DNA from: an uncultured bacterium
GTDB lineage: Bacteria > Verrucomicrobiota > Verrucomicrobiia > Verrucomicrobiales > V1-33
Length of the DNA: 64,000 bases
Direction of reading: 5' to 3'
NCBI GenBank assembly: GCA_903954065.1
Contig: CAJBME010000367.1
Location: 1,302 to 65,301 of the forward strand
Both the position numbers and the translations under genes were made by a program. Shown here piece after piece: positions 18,355 through 25,568 of this stretch (within the stretch, counting starts at the first letter, position 1; every line of letters starts with the position of its first letter). A model generated the notes under the pieces. That model had not been told where the DNA came from. It searched no databases and worked only from the letters and a program-made list of their open reading frames with translations.

Positions 18355-19595
18355 CGTGGTTTTCCGGTGATTTCGAAGCTGGCGGTGCCGTTATCTGAGA
18401 GGTTAGGCTGGACCATGGACCAGTTGAGCAGTCCGAGTTCGGGTTCGGTACGGATGGAATTGTAGAGGGTATAGGCTTCGCCGGCGGAGCGGGCGGTGCC
18501 GCTGATGGCGACGATATCGGGTTTTGACTCGAATCGTTTAAGGACGGCGGAGGTGGGACCGAGGCAGCGGGCGACGGCATTCAATTGGCTGAGTGGGTAG
18601 CGTCGCGGTTCGAGGGCTGGCCGCAGGGCGGCCCATTGGGCTTGCGCGGTACGCAGACGTGATTGTTCTCCTTCGGCGCGGCCGGTCTGGCTGGCGGCGG
18701 CATTGATTTCGTTTTCCATGCGGACGACGGTGGCTTCGAGGGCGACGAGTTGGGAGTGTTGTTGCCAGGCGGCGGCGCCTCCGAGCAGGGTGACGGCGGC
18801 GGCGGCGATCCATCCCAGCGGGCGTCGGCGTCGGGCGCGGGCGCGGTTGCGGATGGAAGCGGGGAGCAGGCCGGCGCTGGCGCGTAGTTGCTCGCGGCGC
18901 AGCGCCGGGGCTGGGCGTGGGCGCATTTCCACGGGCAGGCCGGCTTGGCGGGCGAGGGCGGCCACCTCGTCGGCCGGGAAATCGCCCCAGAGCTCGACCC
19001 CGGTGACCTCGGTCATGAGACCTTGTTGCTGGAGGGCGAGGCTGGTGACGCGGAGTTCCTGACCGGCGTGGTGGTCGAGGCCGCCGGCGCTTGAGATGAC
19101 CTGACTGTGAACGAGCTGACCGTCGATGCCAGCGCAGAGGACGAGCCGTCCTTGTTCCTCCATGAGAACGAGCCGACTTACGGGCAGGGTAAAGAGACGG
19201 ACGGCTGGCAGCAGCCCGCGGGTGCGTGCGGGCAGGCTGAGGGCAGCGCCTTCGGGCAGGACGACGTCGACGCTCAGGACGGAGTGGCCTGGGCGCGTGT
19301 CATGGACGTGGCAGATGAACGACGTGTCTTCCGGGGTGCTGGCGGCGAGGCCGCGTCGTTCGACTTGGGCGAAGGCTAGTTGGCGAAAAAGGGTGGGGTC
19401 GTTGGTGGGGACGGTGAAGGCAAAAGTTCGGCAGGCCCGTCCGGGCAGGCCGATGACGACGGATCCGCCTTCGAGGGTGGCGCGGGCGGGTGACTCGGCT
19501 GGGCCGCGCCATTCGGCGGTGCCGCTGCGGGTTCCCTTCCAGACTTCCCAGAGGGTTTTGGCGGCGGGCAGGATGAGGGCCGTGGATGGCAGCAT
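18351..19595 (-). CDS. GspL-like protein (PilM-like cytoplasmic domain + TM + PilN-like periplasmic domain)
   Basis: About 250-aa cytoplasmic domain, basic stretch RNRARARRRRP, TM LGWIAAAAVTLLGGAAAW, coiled coil, then PilN-like C-terminus (...VLKRFESKPDIVAISGTARSAGEAYTLYNSI...). Start moved to MLPSTAL (19595) to avoid overlap with the gspK-like gene. Confidence 0.5.
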   Translation of the reverse strand: MLPSTALILPAAKTLWEVWKGTRSGTAEWRGPAESPARATLEGGSVVIGLPGRACRTFAFTVPTNDPTLFRQLAFAQVERRGLAASTPEDTSFICHVHDTRPGHSVLSVDVVLPEGAALSLPARTRGLLPAVRLFTLPVSRLVLMEEQGRLVLCAGIDGQLVHSQVISSAGGLDHHAGQELRVTSLALQQQGLMTEVTGVELWGDFPADEVAALARQAGLPVEMRPRPAPALRREQLRASAGLLPASIRNRARARRRRPLGWIAAAAVTLLGGAAAWQQHSQLVALEATVVRMENEINAAASQTGRAEGEQSRLRTAQAQWAALRPALEPRRYPLSQLNAVARCLGPTSAVLKRFESKPDIVAISGTARSAGEAYTLYNSIRTEPELGLLNWSMVQPNLSDNGTASFEITGKPR

Positions 19596-19615
19596 GGGTG
19601 ACGGTGGCGGGTGGT

Positions 19616-20560
19616 TTATTCGTCGAGAATGGTATTCATTCCCGGCCCGATGAGCAGGGTGAGGCGTCGTTCGTAGCGGCCGGCGCGGGCCCGGCATTCG
19701 GTGCGCCGGATGGGGTGTTTGACGGTGAGCAGGCTGGTGACCGCTTGGTAATTGATTTCCGGGACGTCAAGCAGGGCGCGGACTTCGGCGGTGGTGGTGT
19801 AGGACGGGTCATCCAGCGACTCGGCCAATCCGTCCGGGCCGAGTCGTGTGCGGACGAAGCGGCTGACTTCTGACGGGGTGACGTCGAACAGAGCGGCGAG
19901 CATTTCACTGGAGGCGAGGGGCAGGTCGATGGTGCCATCGCCGTGGAGGGTCATGGATTCGCGCCAGTTGGGTCGTCGGCGATCCATTTCGGAGGCGCCG
20001 TGGACGAGCATGACGTCATTGAGGTTTTGGAACGGGCGGTTGAACGGGAAGTCTGGGCGTTCCATGGCGGTATAGACTTCGCGTTCGGCGCCTTGGCGGC
20101 GCGGGCGGTCGTCGGCGTCGATCCAGTCGGCGATGGAATCGGCTAGGGTACGGGCTTCGGTGCTGGGCAGTCCCCATGATTCGAAGAGTCTTTGGGCGAA
20201 GTTTCGTTGTTCCCAGTTTTCGCCCAGTTGATTGACGGCGAGACGGGTGCCTTCGGTTGATTGCCGCACCTCGTAGGAGCTGGCGGACGTCACTTGACGG
20301 TGCAGTAGCGGGTCGCCGCGTTCGAGGGCTGGGTGTTCGGCTACGACGCGGGCTGACTGCATGAGGAGGCGGGCGCGAAAATCTTGTTCGGCCTCGATGG
20401 ATTCGTCGACGCCGCGGGCGAGGTGTTCGATCAACCCGAGGATAGCAAACGACATGAGCATGATGGCCCAGAGCACGAGCAGCAGGGACGAGCCGTGCTG
20501 GGCCGGGCGCCGGAAGGACGGGCGGTGGAGCGGTGGGAGACGTGGGTGGCGGGATAGCAT
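19616..20560 (-). CDS. GspK-like minor pseudopilin
   Basis: N-terminal GSSLLLVLWAIMLMSFAILGL (hydrophobic helix lacking Glu+5, as in GspK). Size about 310 aa; position after the H/I/J-like genes. Confidence 0.6.
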   Translation of the reverse strand: MLSRHPRLPPLHRPSFRRPAQHGSSLLLVLWAIMLMSFAILGLIEHLARGVDESIEAEQDFRARLLMQSARVVAEHPALERGDPLLHRQVTSASSYEVRQSTEGTRLAVNQLGENWEQRNFAQRLFESWGLPSTEARTLADSIADWIDADDRPRRQGAEREVYTAMERPDFPFNRPFQNLNDVMLVHGASEMDRRRPNWRESMTLHGDGTIDLPLASSEMLAALFDVTPSEVSRFVRTRLGPDGLAESLDDPSYTTTAEVRALLDVPEINYQAVTSLLTVKHPIRRTECRARAGRYERRLTLLIGPGMNTILDE

Positions 20561-20570
20561 GCCGGGGGAT

Positions 20571-21317
20571 TTAGGCGGTGCCGAAGACGGTGCGGAGCGG
20601 GGTTTTGCGACCGGGCAGGGTGAGTTGTAGTTCGATCATGGGTGGGCGGCCGGGGGGCATTTTCTCGAGCCATTGTTTGCGGCTTGGGTCGTAGAACCGC
20701 CATTGGATGCGTTCGATTTCGGGCAGCAATTCCAGCCAGAAGCGGCCCTCGATGTCTGGTCGGAGCAGCTGATGACCTTGGCGTGACTGGACGGGGCTGT
20801 CGGGGAGTGGTTCGCCATTGGCGTCGGTGCGGAAGAAGTCGGGCACGGTGAAGGCCAGGGAGAACCGCCGGGCGGGGATGTCATTCTGGCCGCGGGGGTC
20901 GAGGCGGCTGGAGGGCCTGGCCATTTTGGCGAGGCGTTCTTCGGGCCATGGCTGGGGGGCGAGGGTGACGGTGGCTTGTTCCCAGCGCGACCGTTGGCCC
21001 CAAATGAAGGCGGTGGGTAGCCCCCGGAGGATGAACTCTTGGCGCAGTGGTTCATTCTCGAGCAGGCGCAATTCGATAGTGGCGCCGGCGGGCAGGCTGG
21101 TGAGGGCGAGGCGGGTCTGGTTGAGAAAGGTTTCGACCCGGCGATCCTCGGTCTGGAGGTTTTGCAGGGTGACGGTGGACTCGATGGATCCGGCGACGAT
21201 GGCGTAGATGGCTCCGGCCATGAGGCCGAGGATGGCCAGACCTACCACGACCTCGAGCAAGGTGAGGCCGCGGGACTGCGGGTGCTGTCGCGGCGGATGG
21301 TCAGGGGCGGTAAACAT
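20571..21317 (-). CDS. GspJ-like minor pseudopilin
   Basis: Prepilin-type N-terminus QSRG/LTLLEVVVGLAILGLMAGAIY. Start taken at MFTAPD (21317), which still overlaps the upstream gene by 17 nt, so it is uncertain. Confidence 0.55.
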   Translation of the reverse strand: MFTAPDHPPRQHPQSRGLTLLEVVVGLAILGLMAGAIYAIVAGSIESTVTLQNLQTEDRRVETFLNQTRLALTSLPAGATIELRLLENEPLRQEFILRGLPTAFIWGQRSRWEQATVTLAPQPWPEERLAKMARPSSRLDPRGQNDIPARRFSLAFTVPDFFRTDANGEPLPDSPVQSRQGHQLLRPDIEGRFWLELLPEIERIQWRFYDPSRKQWLEKMPPGRPPMIELQLTLPGRKTPLRTVFGTA

Positions 21318-21738
21318 AGACCTCCGCGGAATCAGTGGGTTCGGTCGAGCCGCCAGCGGCGGGAGCGCGCGTGTTTCGCGCTTCGACGCGGAGGACATAC
21401 AGGCCGCGCACGGGCTGGCCGCGGCGGTTGGTCCATTTCAGTTCTTCGAGGGACGAATGATATTCCATGCCGAGCCCCTCGTCGGTGGCGGTGAGAATCA
21501 TTTCTTCGCGTTTCGGCTGCAGGCGGGCTTCAATGAGGACGGCTTCCATACCGCGCCGGATGGCCGCTGTGCGGCGCAGGGCGTTGGCGGAATCAAGGGA
21601 GCCATGGAGCACCGAAGCGAGGCCGCCGACGACGACAGCAAAGACGGTAAGGGCGACGATGATTTCCAGCAGCACGTAGGCCCGGGCGCCGGGGTGGGGC
21701 GCTGGGCGTGGAGCGTGGTGATGGCCGTAGGAAGTCAT
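21301..21738 (-). CDS. GspI-like minor pseudopilin
   Basis: Prepilin-type N-terminus GARA/YVLLEIIVALTVFAVVVGGL, 145 aa. ATGA overlap with the upstream gene at 21735-21738. Confidence 0.6.
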   Translation of the reverse strand: MTSYGHHHAPRPAPHPGARAYVLLEIIVALTVFAVVVGGLASVLHGSLDSANALRRTAAIRRGMEAVLIEARLQPKREEMILTATDEGLGMEYHSSLEELKWTNRRGQPVRGLYVLRVEARNTRAPAAGGSTEPTDSAEVYVYRP

Positions 21739-22439
21739 GGCTTTTGGTCGAGGAAATCGATCCGTTCCCGCACGATCTCGCCAGTGAGCGCGTCAAAAGT
21801 GGCCTCGATTTCGACGGCGCGGGTGCGCATTCGCACGCTGAGGGGACTGGTCAGACCGGAGGGCTGGAAAACCCAGCGGCGCAGATCCTCTCCTTCCAGG
21901 AGGTCCCATTCGCCATCGCCCCAGAGGAGGACCTCGCATTCGGCCCGGTCCTCGAGGGTGATGCTCACGCTCCAGGGCGGTTCCCACCGGCGCGGGGGTG
22001 GGGCCGTGGTGGTGGCTGCTGGCGGTGGTGTGGTCTGGTTGCCGACGGTGGCTGGAGCGGTGACGACGTCAGCGATTTCTGGGGTTGTCCGTTCGAATTC
22101 CTGACCGGGGGGCGGGGTGCGAGCCGTGTCCAGAGCTTTGAGAAAATCTTCGCGGTTGGCCGTGGGAAATCCATCGGCGAGGCCATGAAGACCGGTTTTT
22201 TCAAAAACGATTTGGTAGGGTTTTCTTTCGCGCAGGGCGCGAGCCCGGACTTCTTGGACGAGTGACGCGAGGGCGGCGACTGGAGCGCGGGCCCGTTCTT
22301 CGCGTCCGATCCCCTTGAGAGTGGGGATGGCGACGGCGGCAATGATAGCGATGATGGTGAGGGCGACCACGATTTCGATAAGGGTGAACGCCCCTTCGCG
22401 GGAGCCGCGAAGCGGATCCATATGCCTGTGCCTGAACAT
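21735..22439 (-). CDS. GspH-like minor pseudopilin
   Basis: Prepilin-type N-terminus REGA/FTLIEIVVALTIIAIIAAVAIPTL. Start moved to MFRHRHM (22439) so it no longer overlaps gspG. Confidence 0.6.
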   Translation of the reverse strand: MFRHRHMDPLRGSREGAFTLIEIVVALTIIAIIAAVAIPTLKGIGREERARAPVAALASLVQEVRARALRERKPYQIVFEKTGLHGLADGFPTANREDFLKALDTARTPPPGQEFERTTPEIADVVTAPATVGNQTTPPPAATTTAPPPRRWEPPWSVSITLEDRAECEVLLWGDGEWDLLEGEDLRRWVFQPSGLTSPLSVRMRTRAVEIEATFDALTGEIVRERIDFLDQKP

Positions 22440-22455
22440 GAAAGGGATGCCAGTG

Positions 22456-22914
22456 CTACTCGGCACGAGCGGTTTTCCAATTGCCGATGTCATCGGCACT
22501 TTCCACACCATCGCGTCCGAGAGAAAATACGTCGTAATCGGCTTTGCTGCGTTTCGCTGGGTATTGGTACTGGAACTCGCGATTCCAGGCGTCTTTGGGC
22601 ACTTCTTCCAGCAGTTGGGTCCAGCGTTCGGGGACGGGCTCGATGGACGGTTTGGTGACGAGGGCGGTCAGTCCTTGTTCGTGGGTCGGCGGCTGCAGAT
22701 TACGCGCTTCGTAGACTTTGAGCTGAGTGGTGATGTTTTTGATATCTGATTCGACGCGTGTTTCTTTGGCAACATCGACATTTCCCTTAATCAGATAGAT
22801 AGTAGCGGCTCCGAGGACGGCGATGATGGTGATGACGAGTACGATCTCGATGAGTGTGAAAGCGGCTCGCGATGGGCGGCGGGAGGGTCGTCGTGCGGGG
22901 CTGAACTGATGCAT
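22456..22914 (-). CDS. gspG: type II secretion major pseudopilin GspG
   Basis: AAFTLIEIVLVITIIAVLGAATIYLIKGNVDVAKETRVESDIKNITTQLKVYE...GLTALVTKP...NREFQYQYPAKRSKADYDVFSLGRDGVESADDIGNW is a typical GspG. Confidence 0.9.
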   Translation of the reverse strand: MHQFSPARRPSRRPSRAAFTLIEIVLVITIIAVLGAATIYLIKGNVDVAKETRVESDIKNITTQLKVYEARNLQPPTHEQGLTALVTKPSIEPVPERWTQLLEEVPKDAWNREFQYQYPAKRSKADYDVFSLGRDGVESADDIGNWKTARAE

Positions 22915-23161
22915 GAGGAAACAAGCCCGCCGCGCGATGGTACGGCAATCTTAAACTCCTCAGGGATTGCCTGAGAGAGGCGGTGGGCAGGTGTCCGACC
23001 CGGCGTAGGTATGAGCCGCTGTGGGTAGAGGGGCGGGCTCGAGGGTCTTCTTGATGGCGGACGGTCTCAATTTGGGCTTTTCAGCGAATTTGGTGAGAGT
23101 GAGCGAGAGCCTTCATTTCAAGGCACTTGCTGGAGTTTGGCCATTGACTCCGGATGAATCT

Positions 23162-23211
23162 GGGACACCCACATTTTTCATCGGATTGGAAGTCGAATGA
23201 GTGGGTGTCTC
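23162..23211. repeat. hairpin repeat element, copy A (diverged loop)
   Basis: GACACCCAC (23164-23172) pairs with GTGGGTGTC (23201-23209) across a 28-nt loop. Its reverse complement aligns with copy B at 45447-45495 in both arms and in the GAAAAATG block. Confidence 0.8.
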
Positions 23212-23264
23212 ACAGGTGCCATTACCATCCAATTCCCTCTATTTACCTCCAATTCTCCGAAACC

Positions 23265-23546
23265 ATGACTAAGAGGATACTCCCACGGATCATTTCTGAA
23301 AAGACCTTGGCGCATCAAGGGGCTGAAGAAGCTCTCCTCTCCATCGCAAAGGAAAGGAACCAAAAAAATAATCCATGTGTTGGGCGTGCGTTTTTTCGAC
23401 TCAATGCGTTCCGGGGTAAGCGCGTGGACGCAGCCGAGTCGCTCGGTCGGGAAATCACCCGCTTCAACGAGGAGCTTCTCAACAGGCAACCCGGACGTCC
23501 GATGTCGGCTGCGAAGTTTTTTTCTTTTCCCCGGTGGTTTTTTTGA
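23265..23546 (+). CDS. hypothetical small basic protein (very uncertain)
   Basis: MTKRILPRIISEKTLAHQGAEEALLSIAKERNQKNNPCVGRAFFRLNAFRGKRVDAAESLGREITRFNEELLNRQPGRP... Third-position GC in 23398-23490 favours this frame over the antisense ORF 23178..23552. There is no SD and no recognisable family. Confidence 0.2.
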   Translation: MTKRILPRIISEKTLAHQGAEEALLSIAKERNQKNNPCVGRAFFRLNAFRGKRVDAAESLGREITRFNEELLNRQPGRPMSAAKFFSFPRWFF

Positions 23547-23601
23547 GTACACTCAGCTCATTCTGAGAGTATGGGCATGGGCCTGACTTTTCATTTATCT
23601 C

Positions 23602-24366
23602 ATGATGACGCGTGTTTATTTTCTTCTGTTGCTGTTGGCGGCGGCCCCGCTGAGCTGGGCTCAGGGAACGCCGGCGAAACCGTTGTCGGACAAGAAGCTC
23701 GCGGATTTTACGATTGGCGAGATTATTTCGGGTGATGCGGCCGGGGAGGAAGCGTTGCGAGGGAAGGTGGTGGCTTTGGAATTTTGGGGACGTTTGTGAG
23801 GCCCCTGCCTCGCCGGCATGCCGCAGTTGGCGGCAATGGATAAGCGCTATAAATCGAAGGGGTTGCGGTTAATCGGAGTTCACTCTCAGGGAGGTACGGA
23901 CGAGGAGATTTTGGTTCCGGTGAAAAAGAACAAGGCGAAGTATTCGATTGCGCGCAGCGGTCAAAGCCCTGTTCCGTTTAACGGGATCCCGCACATGTTT
24001 GTTTTTAATCCCAAAGGGGAGCTCGTGTATGACGGGCGAACCGGTGCGGATGCGGAAAAAGTCATCAAGCGGGAATTGCGTGGGGTGACGGCCTCGGGAG
24101 ACGATGACGATGAAGATAGTCCATTTGGGCCGAAGGAGCCGGCGGCCGCCGGTCCGTTGGTCCCCGAGCGCGCATGGACCAGCGCTGACGGCCGCACGAT
24201 GAAGGCGTCATTGATCTCGCTGAAAGATCAGACAGGCAGCTTTAAACGCACGGACGGACGGACCTTTGAGCTCGCTTTGGACAAACTTTCCCCAGCCGAT
24301 CAGGCCGTGGTCGCGGAGGCCGTCAAAAAAGCCGCGGCGACTTCTCCGCCTAAACCCGAGGATTGA
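23602..24366 (+). CDS. TlpA/ResA-like periplasmic thiol:disulfide oxidoreductase, candidate selenoprotein (Sec at codon 66, TGA 23797-23799), with C-terminal SHD1-like domain
   Basis: Track ORFs 23602..23799 and 23818..24366 are in the same frame (offset 216) with only a TGA between them. Read-through gives signal peptide + ...GKVVALEFWGRL-U-GPCLAGMPQLAAMDKRYKSKGLRLIGVHSQ...IPHMFVFNPKGELVY, the thioredoxin-fold W-C-G-P-C/..MP.L signature with UGA at the first Cys. The C-terminus AWTSADGRTMKASLISLKDQTGSFKRTDGRTFELALDKLSPADQ is SHD1-like. Confidence 0.7.
23817..23838 (+). promoter_or_regulatory. candidate bacterial SECIS-like stem-loop
   Basis: CATGCCGC (23817-23824) pairs with GCGGCA(A)TG (23830-23838): 8 bp with one bulged A. 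The apical loop is AGUUG, with G at loop position 2. The loop starts 26 nt after the UGA. Confidence 0.4.
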
Positions 24367-24422
24367 TGAATCCGACGAGTGGCGTCTGGGGAAGCCCGAC
24401 GCGTGGCGAAAAGCCCGACGGT

Positions 24423-25451
24423 TCAGGCCCGCGGGTGGGCTTTATCGTAGGCTTTTTTCATTCGTTCGATGGTGACGTGGGTGTAGATCTGGGTGGTGCT
24501 GAGGCTGGCATGACCGAGCAGTGACTGCACGGAGCGGAGGTCAGCGCCATTATCGAGCAGGTGGGTGGCGAAGCTGTGGCGCAGTTTGTGGGGGGTAGCG
24601 GGGATGGGTACGCCGCTGTGGAGCAGGTGTTTTTTCAGCAAGTCATTGACGGCGCGGGAGCTGAGGCGGCTGCGGCGTTTGCTGATGAAGAGTGGGCCGG
24701 TATGGACCCCGGCTTGCTGTCGGTATTCTTGAATGGCTTTGACGGCTGGGGGGCCGATGGGGCAGAGACGTTCTTTGCGACCCTTGCCGAGGACGCGGAC
24801 TGTGTCGCTGTAGGGATCGATGTGTTCGACGTGGAGGGCGACCAATTCGGAAAGTCGCAGGCCGGCGGAGTAGAAGAGTTCGAGGATGGCGGTATCGCGG
24901 GCGGCGGCCCAGGCGGGTGCTTGTTTGGATTTGGTGGTGGTGGCGGCTGGGGTGTCGAGCAGTGCACCCATTTGGTTGACGGTGAGGACGACGGGCAGTT
25001 TTTTCTCCAGTTTCGGGAGTTGCACGGCGAGCAGTGGGTTGACTGGCCATTTTTTCCGTCGGGACAGGAATGAATAGAAGCTGCGCAGGGCGGCGAAGTG
25101 GAGGCGGATGGTGGCGCGGCCGAGCTGTTGTTTCATTTGGGCGAACAGGTAGGCGCGAAAGTCATCGGCGGTGGCGTTTTCCCAGGAGGTGAAGCGCGGG
25201 GCGCGAGTGCGGCACGTCATCAATGCGTGTTGATAATTGATGAGCGTGCGGGGGGAGACATTGCGTTCGACCGAGAGGAACTCCATGAATTCCTCGACGA
25301 GCGGGTCCGGTTCGGGGGCGGATTCGACGGCGGAAGGGGCCGTTTCCGCGGTGGGGTCCGCGGTGGTGGCGGTGACGTCAGTTGGGGGCGGCGTTGGTGG
25401 CGGCGTCGGCACGGATGAAGGAATCGTGAGTGGTGGTGGAACGGGAGGCAA
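24423..25451 (-). CDS. XerC/XerD-family tyrosine recombinase
   Basis: SAM-like N-domain (FLSVERNVSPRTLINYQHAL...FYSFL). Catalytic domain ARDTAILELFYSAGLRLSELVAL...VLGKGRKER...HKLRHSFATHLLDNGADLRSVQSLLGHASLSTTQIYTHV contains the R..HxxR..Y residues. The ~60-aa Pro/Thr-rich N-terminal extension makes the start uncertain. Confidence 0.85.
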   Translation of the reverse strand: MPPVPPPLTIPSSVPTPPPTPPPTDVTATTADPTAETAPSAVESAPEPDPLVEEFMEFLSVERNVSPRTLINYQHALMTCRTRAPRFTSWENATADDFRAYLFAQMKQQLGRATIRLHFAALRSFYSFLSRRKKWPVNPLLAVQLPKLEKKLPVVLTVNQMGALLDTPAATTTKSKQAPAWAAARDTAILELFYSAGLRLSELVALHVEHIDPYSDTVRVLGKGRKERLCPIGPPAVKAIQEYRQQAGVHTGPLFISKRRSRLSSRAVNDLLKKHLLHSGVPIPATPHKLRHSFATHLLDNGADLRSVQSLLGHASLSTTQIYTHVTIERMKKAYDKAHPRA

Positions 25452-25568
25452 GCGAGAATCCGGTAGGGTGCGGGTGGCGTGGGATGGCGGCGAGCGGGAT
25501 GCGAGCGATTGCTACGGGTGGGACCCTTGGCTTGCGGGATGGGGGGATGTGTTGTTCATTGATGGGCC

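Noticed and set aside
11788-22914. Type IV pilus rather than T2SS
   Set aside because: The major subunit has the GspG C-terminal signature. A GspK-like large minor pseudopilin is present, there is only one ATPase (no PilT/PilU retraction ATPase), and the ATPase has the GspE tetracysteine motif.
24423-25451. Integron or prophage integrase
   Set aside because: There are no attC-like sites (GTTRRRY cores), no cassette array and no phage genes nearby. The catalytic domain looks like housekeeping XerC/D. It is kept only as a low-interest question.
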